Shown: positions 40,169 through 51,600 of the stretch, piece by piece | How positions within the stretch are numbered: position 1 is the first letter of the stretch | Layout: each line of letters begins with the position of its first letter | Source: Spirulina sp. | Lineage (GTDB): Bacteria; Cyanobacteriota; Cyanobacteriia; Phormidesmidales; Phormidesmidaceae | Reading direction: 5' to 3' | Length of the DNA: 64,000 bases | Assembly (NCBI GenBank): GCA_044070495.1 | Contig: JBIPSI010000018.1 | Span: 32,001-96,000 of the forward strand | Program-made: the position numbers and the translations under genes | The notes under the pieces: model-generated | Database searches by the model: none | The model's input: the letters and a program-made list of their open reading frames with translations, nothing else | Told to the model about the DNA's origin: nothing

Positions 40169-42016
40169 CTAGGAATTCACAGATATCCCAGGGGCGGGGG
40201 TAATTTGTGGATGTTGGGCGTGTGGATCTTGGGAGTTGGGCTGCCGTCCGCGCAGCCAGAAGGTTTCCATCTCGCCGCGCCCCTTAACGTGGATGGAACC
40301 CCGTGGCTCTAGCTGGTAGCTGTCCTTAAGTCGTTCGTAGGTGCTAGCGGTAACTTGGATGAGGCCCGGTTCCCCCAAGGATTCCATGCGGCTGGCTATG
40401 TTGACGGCATCGCCCCAGAGGTCGTAGATAAACTTTTTGGTGCCGATCACTCCGGCGACGACAACTCCGGTGTTGATGCCAATGCGAATTTGCAGGGGCA
40501 CGCCGACCTCTGCCTCAAAGGTGGCGGTGACCTGCTGCATGGCGAGGGCCATTTCGGCCATGGCTTCGGCATGGTCGGGGCGGGGGGTGGGCAGGCCAGC
40601 CGCCACCATGTAGGCATCGCCAATGGTTTTAATTTTCTCTAGGCCAAACTGTTCGGCTAGGGCATCGAAGCTAGAGAAAATTTGGTTGAGCAAATTCACG
40701 AGCTGAATCGGCGACAAACGGCTGGAGAGGCTGGTAAAGCCCACAATGTCGGCAAACAAAATGGAGACTTCATCAAAATGCTGGGGCACCGAAGCCTGGG
40801 TTTGCATCAGCTCATCGGCGATGGGTTCCGGCAGAATATTGAGCAGCAGATCCTCGGCCCGCTGTTGCTCCTCTTGCAGCCTCTCAGCACTCACCTGTAG
40901 CTCGCCCAGCATGTCGTTCACGCGCTGGCTAAGCTGGCTGAGTTCGTCGTGGCCTTGCACCACCACCCGTTGCGTCAGGTCGTTGGATCGACCAATCTGC
41001 TGCACCTCCTGGCTGAGTTTGACCACACGGCGCAAAATCACCCGATCCAGCAGCAGCAAAATGGCGGCGGTGGAAATGAGGCAAGCCCCCAGCAGCGCTA
41101 AACCCAGGGATCGCTGGCTGAGTTGCCCCTGGCGGTGGATGTCGCGGGGGAGGGTGACGTCTACCAGGGCTTGGGGGTGGCCATAGATATCCGGCCATAG
41201 GGCATAGCCCTTGAGCAGGTTGCGATCCTGGGCTTGCAGCCGAGTCGGAGACGGGACACGCCCCAAGGTTGGGGTCTGCACTCGGTTGGCGGCGCGGCGG
41301 TTGTTAATTTCGGCCATCATCGGATCTAGCAAGCCCTGAAGGTCGGGCGGATTGGCCCCCTGGCCCTCCCGATTTTCCAGGTTGTCAACATCGGGATGCA
41401 CGGTCAGGCTGACCTGGGTGCGACGCGAGAGATCTTCTACCATCGCCGAATTCAGATAGCGCCCCATCAGCATGGCTCCCCTCGGTGGGCCAGTGGCATC
41501 GCTTCGCAAAATCGGCTCTACCACCGCCAGAATCAGGAGATCCTCCACCCGCATCAAACCCTGGTGATGGTAGGCCACATGGGGAAACCTCAGCAGCGGG
41601 CTATCGGCCTCCAGTTGGGCCAACACGCCGGGGGGAACCGGGGCAAACTCGCCCTTTTCTAGGTCGTAGGCGTTGCTATAGATTACCTCGCCTTCGGTGT
41701 TCACCAGCACCAAAACGTTCATCCTCAGACTTTCAAAGGCGTATTTTTGAAAGTTAGACTCCACATAGGCGGCGTTGCCGTCTCGGATAAATTGGTAGGT
41801 GTCATCCCAGGCCGCCCAGTCCTCGGTGAGGCTATGCAAATGGTTCAGATCGCTGATGACGGCTTCCTCCACCCGCTGCACGTTGCGTTGGGCATCCTGC
41901 TGCTCTAGGCGGCTATAGCTGCGCTGCAAAATCACCGACAAACTGGCATAGACCAGCACCAGAAACCCCAGCAGGGGCACCGTGGTCAACAGTAGGGTCT
42001 TGTGGCGTAGATTCAT
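40169..42016 (-). CDS. CHASE4-HAMP class III adenylate cyclase
   Basis: TM, CHASE4 (DWAAWDDTY), TM, HAMP; FADIVGFT, EKIKTIGDAYM, YDLWGDAVNIASRMES. Confidence 0.93.
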   Translation of the reverse strand: MNLRHKTLLLTTVPLLGFLVLVYASLSVILQRSYSRLEQQDAQRNVQRVEEAVISDLNHLHSLTEDWAAWDDTYQFIRDGNAAYVESNFQKYAFESLRMNVLVLVNTEGEVIYSNAYDLEKGEFAPVPPGVLAQLEADSPLLRFPHVAYHHQGLMRVEDLLILAVVEPILRSDATGPPRGAMLMGRYLNSAMVEDLSRRTQVSLTVHPDVDNLENREGQGANPPDLQGLLDPMMAEINNRRAANRVQTPTLGRVPSPTRLQAQDRNLLKGYALWPDIYGHPQALVDVTLPRDIHRQGQLSQRSLGLALLGACLISTAAILLLLDRVILRRVVKLSQEVQQIGRSNDLTQRVVVQGHDELSQLSQRVNDMLGELQVSAERLQEEQQRAEDLLLNILPEPIADELMQTQASVPQHFDEVSILFADIVGFTSLSSRLSPIQLVNLLNQIFSSFDALAEQFGLEKIKTIGDAYMVAAGLPTPRPDHAEAMAEMALAMQQVTATFEAEVGVPLQIRIGINTGVVVAGVIGTKKFIYDLWGDAVNIASRMESLGEPGLIQVTASTYERLKDSYQLEPRGSIHVKGRGEMETFWLRGRQPNSQDPHAQHPQITPAPGISVNS

Positions 42017-42310
42017 GGTGGGGTGGGCGGTTCATCGGGCGTTTTGGCAAGATGGGAGAAGCCGCCTAGGACGGATGGGCAACGCTGCCCCCTTGTAGCC
42101 TACTTCCTGACTACCGTAAGTGACGAGGGGAATTCGGATGGCCTGGGAAAAATATAGGACTTTAAACACCTTGAGTCCCTGGGACGCTGGATAGACGGGT
42201 GTTGTTGCCCTGGCCTCAGCAGCCTAGTCGAGCTTTGCAATATTTGTTTACATTAAGACAGGGGTTGCTGACCCCAAAGCCGTGATCACCTCATCGGGGA
42301 GCCTTCCACC

Positions 42311-43627
42311 GTGACCATTTTTTCCACCTTTAGCCCATCGGTGCGGGCCAATTTAGCCGTCCTGTTTGCCGCAGGGCTGTGCTTTTGGTCGGGGTTGGCG
42401 GGGCTGCTGCCCACCCTGCCCCTGTTCATCGAAACCCTGGGCGGCAGCGGTCAGCAAATTGGCATTGTGATGGCCTCCTTTGCCATTGGCCTGCTGGTGG
42501 CCCGCCCCACCCTGGCCCACCTCGCCGATACCCGTGGCCGCAAACTGGTGATGATCATTGGCCTAATTGCCGTGGCCCTGGCCCCCTTTGGCTATCTGCT
42601 GGTGCAAATGCTGCCCCACCTTCAGGTGCCAATCTCCCTGGCGGGGCAAGATTTTATTGTGGATGGGTCGATCCTGGCTCTGATTGCCATTCGCGCCTTC
42701 CATGGCCTCAGCATCGCCGCCTTTGTGGTGGCCTACAGCGCCCTGGTAGTGGATCTCGCGCCCCCGGCCAATCGCGGTGAACTGATTGGTTATATGACCC
42801 TGGTGAACCCCATCGGCCTTGCCCTGGGGCCAGCCCTAGGCGGCTTTTTATACGAAGCATCCGGCTTTCGGGTGGCGTTTTTGGTGATGGGGATTCTGGG
42901 ATTTTTGGGCCTGATCCTAGTGCTGCGCCTAGAGGAACCCTATCGTCCCCAGGCAGACCGTTCCGGCGATGCCGCCATCCCCGCCTTTTGGAGCCAACTG
43001 TGGTCGGGCCGAGTGCGTACCCCCGCGATGATTTTGCTGCTGGTGGGTCTCGCCTTTGGCACCCTCAGCACCTTTGTGCCCCTCTATGTGCGTGAGGCGG
43101 GGTTAGCGCTGAACGTGGGCCTGATCTACACCGCCTCCGCCGTGGCTAGCTTCACCTCCCGCATTGTTGTGGGCCGTGCCTCCGACCGCTACGGACGGGG
43201 ACGATTCATCACCGCTAGCCTGCTGATCTACAGCCTCGCCATGGGGATGTTCTGGCTGGCCGATAGCGCTCCTCTGTTCCTACTGGCTGGGGTGATTCAA
43301 GGCTTTGGGGCCGGAACCCTAATTCCCATGATTGCGGCGCTGATGGGCGACCGCTCCAGCCCCACCGACCGAGGCCGCACCTTTGGCCTTGCCATGGTGG
43401 GGTTTGATGTGGGCATTGCCCTGGCTGGCCCCATCTTTGGCACCATCGCCGATGCCCTCAGCTATCGCGGCATCTTCGGCCTCGCCGGGGTGATGACCTT
43501 CACTGGGCTGCTGATTTTTATCACCGCCTGTAGCAAAGACCTGCCCCACTCCCTGCGCTTTGCCCTCGGCCAAGGGCGCGACATCTACGCCGTAGATGGC
43601 TGGCAAGGCCAAGCCACCCCAGACTAG
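42311..43627 (+). CDS. MFS transporter
   Basis: About 12 TM helices; LADTRGRK and ASDRYGRG motif A. Confidence 0.92.
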   Translation: MTIFSTFSPSVRANLAVLFAAGLCFWSGLAGLLPTLPLFIETLGGSGQQIGIVMASFAIGLLVARPTLAHLADTRGRKLVMIIGLIAVALAPFGYLLVQMLPHLQVPISLAGQDFIVDGSILALIAIRAFHGLSIAAFVVAYSALVVDLAPPANRGELIGYMTLVNPIGLALGPALGGFLYEASGFRVAFLVMGILGFLGLILVLRLEEPYRPQADRSGDAAIPAFWSQLWSGRVRTPAMILLLVGLAFGTLSTFVPLYVREAGLALNVGLIYTASAVASFTSRIVVGRASDRYGRGRFITASLLIYSLAMGMFWLADSAPLFLLAGVIQGFGAGTLIPMIAALMGDRSSPTDRGRTFGLAMVGFDVGIALAGPIFGTIADALSYRGIFGLAGVMTFTGLLIFITACSKDLPHSLRFALGQGRDIYAVDGWQGQATPD

Positions 43628-43684
43628 CGCCAAGGAATCGCCACACTGTGCAGATCGTAGGGCTGAGGTCTTACGCGAATCGAC

Positions 43685-44617
43685 CTACTCCGAGGTGACC
43701 GGAGTTGGGTTGACCGTGTTGCGCAGACGATAGCTCAACAGCGACAACGGGTCGTTGGGGTTTTCGGCCTCTAGATCGGCCAAGCTAAGTACCAAGTCGC
43801 GGCGATAGCTAACCTCAACGGGAGACAGGGGAGGCTGGGCAAGTAGGGCAATTGCATCGTACCAAAGCCCCGCCTCAGCGTATTGCTGAGCCTGCTGTGA
43901 GGAATCCCCGGTGATTTCGATATCGGTGGGCATCGCCACCACCTGTAAATCTGCCTCGTCAATCCTGTTGCGGGAGGGCTGGCTCTCGCTGCACTGGGCA
44001 ATAATCTTCCAGCGATAGGTTTCGCCCACCACCAGGGGAGGCAGATCGTCGGGCAGGGTGAAGGTCATCCACCCCGTCTGGCTCCGGCCTAGATCAAAGA
44101 AAGCGACGGGTTCTAACCGATCATCCGTTGGATCTTCCGAGGTATATCGGTAGATCTGAAGCTCAAGGGGCACTGGCATGGTGTCAGCAATGTACCAGGT
44201 TAGCGTTGGGTGCAGACTGGCGGTTTGTCCAATGTGGGCTTGGGGGGCCATGGCCGTAAGGCTGGTGGCGGCCCGTCCATCGCATCCGCCTCGGGTGCCC
44301 CCGCCCGTGGTGCGGCGAGGGTAGCCAGGGTCGGCGGGGGGCTGATAGGCGCGAGTCCCGCCCCTAGGGCCTGGGCCTGCGGGGGATAAAGGCTGTCCCC
44401 TTCTATCTTCAAAGGCAATATCTTCAAAGGCGGCGGCCAAGGGCCAGGATTGTGGTCTAGCGTCTGTCCCTAGTACCTGTTCCTGGGCAACCCTGGATGA
44501 GGGGTTCTCGCGCCCCCAGGCCGCCCCATGGAGAGGGAGGGAAAAGGCCGCAACATGTCCTAAAAGTAGCAAGGAGAGGACTGGCCCTGCTGCATGGTTC
44601 CCTAGGTCTTGTCTCAT
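43685..44617 (-). CDS. DUF928 domain exported protein
   Basis: Signal-like N-terminus, TGGGTRGGC, GQTASLHPTLTWYI, GETYRW, YAEAGLWYDAI. Confidence 0.85.
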   Translation of the reverse strand: MRQDLGNHAAGPVLSLLLLGHVAAFSLPLHGAAWGRENPSSRVAQEQVLGTDARPQSWPLAAAFEDIAFEDRRGQPLSPAGPGPRGGTRAYQPPADPGYPRRTTGGGTRGGCDGRAATSLTAMAPQAHIGQTASLHPTLTWYIADTMPVPLELQIYRYTSEDPTDDRLEPVAFFDLGRSQTGWMTFTLPDDLPPLVVGETYRWKIIAQCSESQPSRNRIDEADLQVVAMPTDIEITGDSSQQAQQYAEAGLWYDAIALLAQPPLSPVEVSYRRDLVLSLADLEAENPNDPLSLLSYRLRNTVNPTPVTSE

Positions 44618-45093
44618 AGCTTTACACCCGGTTTTGTGTGGTTCTAATACAGCGCTGCCCTGGACAATGGTCAACTTGAAAAACGGTTCAAAGGAGCAGA
44701 ATGAACAACATATCTTCGTTAAAGGCTAAAGCCATGCTCTTAAGGATTTAGAAGATCATTAGCAATGTATTGGGCAATGGCTAGGATTGGATAAAAGTTG
44801 TTTACCCATCGAGGTTCGGGCCAGCCTAGACCGATAGTGAAGGGCTATGGAATCAACTATATCAGGTCTAACAAAAAGAGAGAAATCACCGGAAGAATTT
44901 CAGTCTAACGAGGATGAATCCTAGAATTCTAGGAGTTCTAGAAAAATTAACCATCCCGACCACTGTGATTTTATCGCAATCGCTTAGCACCTTGGTCGAG
45001 ATATCGTTAGATTACAAAAACATGACTCTAAAGGCACCGAATTTTTCTGCTAACTTAGCTGCCTTTAAATACCTAGCGTATGACCGTTTTCTG

Positions 45094-47028
45094 TCAAGGG
45101 CACCCCCAGGGGAACCACCTTGGCCAAGGCTGCATCGGAGGCTCAATGGGCCAGCGCAGTTCGCAGCAGGTGCCCGATGCAGTGGATCGTCGTTGAAACG
45201 TTCCCCCCAGCCGTTGGGCCAACTGCTTTGCCTGACGGGTACCGCGTCCGCTGAGTTGGGAGGGGGAAGACCCCTCCGCTAACCGCTGACCATTATCCTT
45301 GATCTGAATCAGATTTTCCTGGTCGGTAGCCAAGCAGGTGACCGTGAGGCGGGTGGCATTGACGGCATGTTTGCCCACGTTGCAGAGGGCTTCTTCGAGA
45401 AACCATCCTAGGGCCTGATACTCGTCGGGGGAGAGCCTCTGGATCTTGAGAGGCTCGAAGCTGACAATGTTGGGGCCGAGGCTTCTAAAGCCCGGAAAAT
45501 CTCGCTGGAGAGTTCTGGCGTAGATTTCGTAGAGGGTTTCGTGGATTGGAACGGCGTCAACCATGCCCGACCCTGGTTCTGCGGTAGGCGTTTGCAGGCT
45601 GTTCAGCAGCCCTTCGTAGATCTGGCGCAGGTCGTAATCCATTTGCTGAAGCTTGGGTTGCACCTCTGGCCAGCTTAGGGTTTCGTCAGAGTCGCGCAGC
45701 AGCAGGGCCAGGGTTTGCAGGGGGCCGTTGTGGATAGCGTTGTAGGTTTGTTCGATCACCCACTGGCGTTCCTCTAGGCGAGAACGCAGCCCCTTGTCAT
45801 AGAGATAAAACCCAGAAATGACCAGCCCATTCACCGTAAAAGCCAGCAGAGAAGGCACCAGGGGCACCCACCAACCCCCTAGCAGCAAGAGGGCATAGCT
45901 AACGGACACCAAACCCAGTCCAACCACCCCAATCACCAGCAAATACTGGGAGGGTGCGGTGATACGCCGAATGATGACCATTCCCACCCCGCCCCACAGA
46001 ATAATCCACAGGTATTCCAAGGCTTCGGGCCAGGTGCGCAGGAGAGCCCGATCCTCTAGGGCGGTGCTCACCAGTTGGCTGACAACGTGGGCATGCATCT
46101 CCACGCCGTAGATGAGATAGGTGCCCTCCGAGGAAACAACGGCGGCAGAGTTCAGCACGTCCTTGGTGCTGGGGGCGGTCATCCCAATCAGCACGATGGC
46201 ATCCCGAATCCAGGCTGGGTTCACGCGGCCATCGAGCACATCCGCCAAGGACGCCTTGCGAAAGGGCTGGGCACCGCTGCGCCCATGGATGAGGATCTGG
46301 TATCCGCCGGTATCGGCCCGTCGATAGCCGCCGGTATTGGGGGAAATGGCAGGAAACTCGGCGGTGCCAAACCGCATGGCCAAGGGATCCCGAATCCCGT
46401 TTGTCAGGGTCATGCCCTGGGGGCGCAAATAGAGTTCCGCCAGCCGAATCGCCAGGGAAAACCGATAGTCGCCAGCCGTATTTGCAGACCCAAGCAGGGC
46501 ACGGCGGACAAAGCCATCGACATCGGCCTGAAAATCTACAAACCCCACTTGGACATCAGGCAAAAACGATGGGGCCTGGATGGGTGGGTTGCTGGTAATG
46601 CTTTCAATACCGATGACGTGGGGCCGGGTGGTGAGGGTTTCTATCAAGGCCTGATGGCCCGGTTCTACGGGCAGGTCGCGATAGATATCAATGCCAATGG
46701 CACGGGGTTTGTGGACATCTAGGGCTTCCACTAAGTCTGCGAGCACCCCATCGGGAACCGGATAGGTGCCGAGGCGCTGAACATCCGCTTCGGTCACTCC
46801 GATGATCAGAATGCGCTCGTCGGTTGCCTCGGCGGGCCGCCACCGCAGCAGCGTATCCAGCATTTTCAGCTCTAGCCCCTGAAAGGCCCCCAGTAGCCGT
46901 GCCGCCACAATGACGCTGAGCACCACAAAACCAGGCCCCAACTGCCGGAACAACGGCCCGCTAGGACGCTTGCCCCCTAGGCCAGAGATGTTGCGCCAAT
47001 TTTGCCAGATTGTACGAGGGCGATCCAT
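45094..47028 (-). CDS. CHASE2 sensor histidine kinase (HisKA_3-like)
   Basis: CHASE2 (PRAIGIDIYRD, DGFVRR, YGVEMHA), 3 TM, IHNGPLQTL H-box, EEALCNVGKHA N-box, IKDNG, GRGT. Confidence 0.87.
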   Translation of the reverse strand: MDRPRTIWQNWRNISGLGGKRPSGPLFRQLGPGFVVLSVIVAARLLGAFQGLELKMLDTLLRWRPAEATDERILIIGVTEADVQRLGTYPVPDGVLADLVEALDVHKPRAIGIDIYRDLPVEPGHQALIETLTTRPHVIGIESITSNPPIQAPSFLPDVQVGFVDFQADVDGFVRRALLGSANTAGDYRFSLAIRLAELYLRPQGMTLTNGIRDPLAMRFGTAEFPAISPNTGGYRRADTGGYQILIHGRSGAQPFRKASLADVLDGRVNPAWIRDAIVLIGMTAPSTKDVLNSAAVVSSEGTYLIYGVEMHAHVVSQLVSTALEDRALLRTWPEALEYLWIILWGGVGMVIIRRITAPSQYLLVIGVVGLGLVSVSYALLLLGGWWVPLVPSLLAFTVNGLVISGFYLYDKGLRSRLEERQWVIEQTYNAIHNGPLQTLALLLRDSDETLSWPEVQPKLQQMDYDLRQIYEGLLNSLQTPTAEPGSGMVDAVPIHETLYEIYARTLQRDFPGFRSLGPNIVSFEPLKIQRLSPDEYQALGWFLEEALCNVGKHAVNATRLTVTCLATDQENLIQIKDNGQRLAEGSSPSQLSGRGTRQAKQLAQRLGGTFQRRSTASGTCCELRWPIEPPMQPWPRWFPWGCP

Positions 47029-47174
47029 GGGCTAATAGGGAAACGACCTTCCAGGGGATGGGATTTCGAGGGAATGGGCCAAGCCAATAGCCTGGCCCAC
47101 GGGGTACCTAGCCACTACTATCCAATAACCTTAGGGTTTTGGCCCTCGAATGGCAAACCCCAGGGGAATCGCCC

Positions 47175-48041
47175 CTACACAAAGGGATTATCGGCTATGG
47201 AGACAAAGTTCCCATAGTCTTGCCATGCGTTCATAAAGTCGGCATAGGCAATTTCGGAGGCCATGCCGTTGGGGGTGCCGCTGTCGTTCAAAATAATGCT
47301 CACGGAGCCATCCCAGCCATAGTTGATGCCCGTTACCCACACCGCATGACCACCGTTCTCCTGCTCTAGTGGATTGCCAAAGTAGTCGTAGATGGGGTTC
47401 CAAATTTCGTTGGCATCTAGGCCGACAATGGGCTTGTCGCCCATGGCCAAGGCGTATTGTAAATCGGCAAGAGAGGCTCCAAAAAATTCGATGGTAGGAA
47501 TCCCTAGGGAATCTAAAATATGGCCTACATACATTAAAGGAGTCCCCGTTAAGGGATCAAACCAGCCCTGGTTTTGGGCAAAATTACCCGCAATATCCTC
47601 CGAAATATACACCCCTGTTAGAGACTCATACACAGAAATTTGAGCCACCACGGCGCAGGACGCAGGCCCCTGCTGCTGCCTCCAATACCAGGCATCCACA
47701 AAGGGGGTGCCAAATTCAACGGGATCATAATAGCCCCAGCTTGTCGAAGCCCAAGATGTGGTCGCCCATCCCCCCAAGGTGATCTCTAACTGGGGGGCAG
47801 AAAACTCAACCAACAGATCGCTGCCGGACGTAGGAATCAGCGGTTCCCACATCATCAAAAAGTCGTCTATAGAGCCAGGAGTCTCCTCGGAGAAAACTGG
47901 AATTGGTAGACTATCTAAGGTAAAGAAGTCAATCTCTGAGGAACCGAACGCTTCCGTTACACTAACGAAATCAGTGTTCAACGTTTCGCTAATATCATCA
48001 GCCTCTAACCATTCCAAAGCGATCAAAGCTGTAGTAGACAT
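47175..48041 (-). CDS. Acidic protein with a C-terminal C39-like papain-fold peptidase domain
   Basis: QQQGPASCAVV (Cys), GGHAVWVTG (His), ILNDSG (Asp), FMNAW. Confidence 0.75.
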   Translation of the reverse strand: MSTTALIALEWLEADDISETLNTDFVSVTEAFGSSEIDFFTLDSLPIPVFSEETPGSIDDFLMMWEPLIPTSGSDLLVEFSAPQLEITLGGWATTSWASTSWGYYDPVEFGTPFVDAWYWRQQQGPASCAVVAQISVYESLTGVYISEDIAGNFAQNQGWFDPLTGTPLMYVGHILDSLGIPTIEFFGASLADLQYALAMGDKPIVGLDANEIWNPIYDYFGNPLEQENGGHAVWVTGINYGWDGSVSIILNDSGTPNGMASEIAYADFMNAWQDYGNFVSIADNPFV

Positions 48042-48364
48042 CTGACGTTCCTGCTGCGATGGAATTAACGATGTACCCAAGCTGTTTTCCTTCCACAAAC
48101 CCGATTTAAGGAAAACGCTTGTTACTCAACTGTCTACAGTTTAGGATGGCATCCCCAGGGGCGATGGGGAATTTTTAACCAGGCTAACGACTCAATTCAG
48201 CCGTTTCTGTTGCTTCTTTCAGAGGAAGGGTTTGCAGAAAACTGCAAGCGGAGGTCTTTTTGATCGGGTTTAATTCTCCTGAGTGGCCGATTTTACAATC
48301 CTGACCCAGGGGTCTAGACTTGTCCCTAAGCCATCCTTGGTGCTAACACGCTATACCCACAGGC

Positions 48365-48512
48365 CTGATTGCCTGACACATCTCCAAAGTAGGTTGGGTG
48401 CAGCGAAGCGGAACCCAACACTCGCCGCGAATGGTGGGCTTGTTGGGTTCTGCTATCGCGCCACCCAACCTACGAGATATCAATGCTTTTCGGCGTTATG
48501 TCAGTCAGCCAG
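48365..48512. repeat. MITE-like shell carrying a GTAG REPIN
   Basis: Ends CTGATTGCCTGACA / TGTCAGTCAGCCAG; internal GTAGGTTGGGTG...CACCCAACCTAC. Confidence 0.65.
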
Positions 48513-48656
48513 CCCACAGGTTTCGCTAAGGTGTGCTTTTCTCGTCAGGATGATATTTGTTCCGCCCTAGGTTGAATCTGGTGTTACCAGGAATCGTTCC
48601 GCCCCTAGGGGTGCCCTATCCCCTAGCGTCCTAGCCCCTACTCCCCTTGCCTACCC

Positions 48657-51600
48657 ATGCCTTCACTCCATCGCCCTTGGTGGCTGGCTAGCCTTCTCGC
48701 CCCCGGCCTATGGTTGTCTACACCCGCCCTGGCCCAACTCCTCCCCGATGCCACCCTGGGGGGCGAAGCTTCTCTGGTGTTGCCGGGGGCACTCATCCAG
48801 GGGGATCTGGCCGATCAAATTGGGGGCGGAGCCATCCGAGGGGGTAACCTATTCCACAGTTTTCTAGAGTTCAATATCGATGCAGGCCAGCGGGTTTACT
48901 TTGCCAACCCGGCGGGCATTGAGGCCATCCTCACCCGCGTAACGGGCGGCAATCCATCCAACATTTTGGGCACCCTGGGCGTGGATGGCGCGGCGGATTT
49001 GTTCTTCATCAACCCCAACGGCCTAGTGTTTGGGGAGAATGCCACCCTCGATATTCCCGGCTCATTCTATGCCAGCACCGCCGAGGCGATTTCCCTAGGG
49101 GAGGGCGTCTACAGCGCCACGGTGCCAGAGCAAAGCAGTCTGCTGACGGTTAACCCCAGTGCCCTGTTTAGCAACCATCTAACGGCGGCTTCTGGCGATA
49201 TCCAAAGCCTTGGTCAATTAGCTGCCCAAGGCAATCTGACCCTAGCCGCCAACACCGTGGATTTGCAAGGGCAGGTGGCCGCTGGGGGCGATCTCACCCT
49301 GCTGGGGCTAGATACCGTACGCATTCGCGACGGGGTGGAGGCCCCCTTTGTGGGCTTTGCCGGGGGCAACCTGCTGGTGCAGGGCCACGACCAGGTGGAT
49401 ATTGTGGCCCTCAGCCATCCCGATAGTGGCCTGTATAGCTATGGCGACATGGTGCTGCGGTCGGGCAACCCCGTGGGCGGCGATGCCTACTACTGGAGCG
49501 GCGGCAACTTTCGGGTAGAAACCCTAGATGGCGATCCTGGGAGCTTATTCAGCCCCATCGACCCCGTGATCCGTGCCCTGGGGGATGTGGAGATGTTTGG
49601 CTATGCGGGGGGATCGCTGCATATCCTGGCGGGGGGATCGGTCAATATTGGCACCGCCATCATCACCGCTGCCGACCCTGGGGTGCTTGGGGTCGATTTC
49701 TTGCAGGAAACCATCACCCTCTCCGATGGCACCGTCGTCGCCATTGATGGCGGGGCACAGCCGACCCTAGATGTGCGGGCGGGATTAGCTCCTGAAGCTA
49801 TTGGGGTAATTTCTCCTGGCAATATTAGTGGACTGAATCCGGACGCTATTCTTTTGGATCTGGCTACTACCAATGAGCCTTTGAGGGGGGATATTACCGT
49901 TGGTGATGTGTTTATAGATGCCCCCAATGGGCTGGTGCTGTTGACCAATCAGTACCAGCCTAACCCCACTCTGGCGGGCGGTAATATTGCTGTCACCGGG
50001 GAGGGCATCTATGGCGATGGCATTGATGCCCGAGGCTTTGGCGGTCAAGGCGGAACCGTGTACCTCGATGCCCGTAATGATGTGTTAGTGACCAATAGCT
50101 CCATTGAAACCACAGGGGCTGGAGTGGTTGGTGATGTGGTGATCAATGCGGGCAATGCCGTGCGCCTTGAAGAACAAAATCGTCGAACGGTGGTGGGTAG
50201 CAGCATTGCCGCAGGGGCAACGGGGACGGGGGGCGATGTTCGCATTCGGGCCGCCACGGTAGAAGTCTTGGGTGGGGCACAGATCTCGGCCAGCGTCTTT
50301 GGCAATGGCGATGCGGGCAATGTGGAAATTACGGCCCGTGATCAGGTCGTTTTTGATGGCACCACCGCCGATGGTCAATTCAGTAGTGCGGCCTTTAGCA
50401 CCGTTGAAAATGGGGCCGTGGGTACTGGAGGTAACATTATTATTCGCACAGGTTCCCTAGCCGTTACCGATGGAGCCTTGCTATCCACCAGCACGTTGGG
50501 CGTCGGCCATGCGGGCCATGTGGAGATTGAGGCCCGTGATCGGGTTGTCTTTGAAAATGCTGATATCTTCAGCCGTGTGGGTTCTGATGCCATTGGGGAT
50601 GGCGGCAATATCACGATTCGCACAGGCTTCTTAGATGCCACCAATGGGGGATTCCTATCCGCCAGCACCCTGGGCACTGGCCATGCAGGCAACATCGACA
50701 TTGAAGCCCGTGAAGCCGTCGTTTTTGATAGCAGCGATGCCGTGAGCGATATTGGAACTGGGGCCGTCGGGGTCGGGGGGAGTGTCATCATTCGGGCTGG
50801 ATCCCTGGATGTCTTAAATGGGGCGCAGTTGTCGGCCAGCACCTTGGGCATCGGAGATGCGGGCAACGTGGAGATTGAGGCCCGCGACACCGTTACGTTT
50901 GAGGGCAGAAGCGCCGATGGCCGGTTTGCCAGTGCCGCCTTTAGTCGGGTAGAGGCTGAAGGTCAAGGGCGAGCGGGCGACATCGTCATTTCGGCCAATG
51001 CCGTCAGAGTAGCCAATGGGGCATCGGTAGAATCATCCACCTTGGGTTCTGGCGATGCCGGTGATGTGCTCATTACAGCCCAAGATCAGGTCGCCCTAGA
51101 CAATGCCAGCACCTTTAGTCGCGTTGGTACTTCGGGCGTGGGGAGCGGGGGCAATGTAATCATCCACACTGGATCCTTAGAGGTTAGGAATGGAGGGCAA
51201 CTATCATCCAGTACCCTGGGCCTTGGGGATGCGGGCAACGTGGAGATTACGGCCCGTGACCGAGTTGCCTTTGACGGCGTCAACACCAACAGCCAGCTTA
51301 GAAGTGCTGCGTTTAGCACCGTCCAAGCCGGGGCAGAGGGGGCCGGAGGGAACATCGTAATTCGTACCGACACCCTGGAAATGACCAACGGGGCAGGGTT
51401 ATCGGCCAGTACCTTTGGCACTGGCCGAGCAGGCAATGTGGACATTGAGGCCCAGGGCCAGGTCATCTTTGATACCACAGCCAATGCTTTGAGCAATGTG
51501 GGGCTTGGGGCCGTGGGGGAGGGCGGCAGTGTGGCGATTCGGGCAGATTCCCTAGCGGTGCTGAATGGGGCACAACTCAACGCCAGTACCTTGGGTATCG

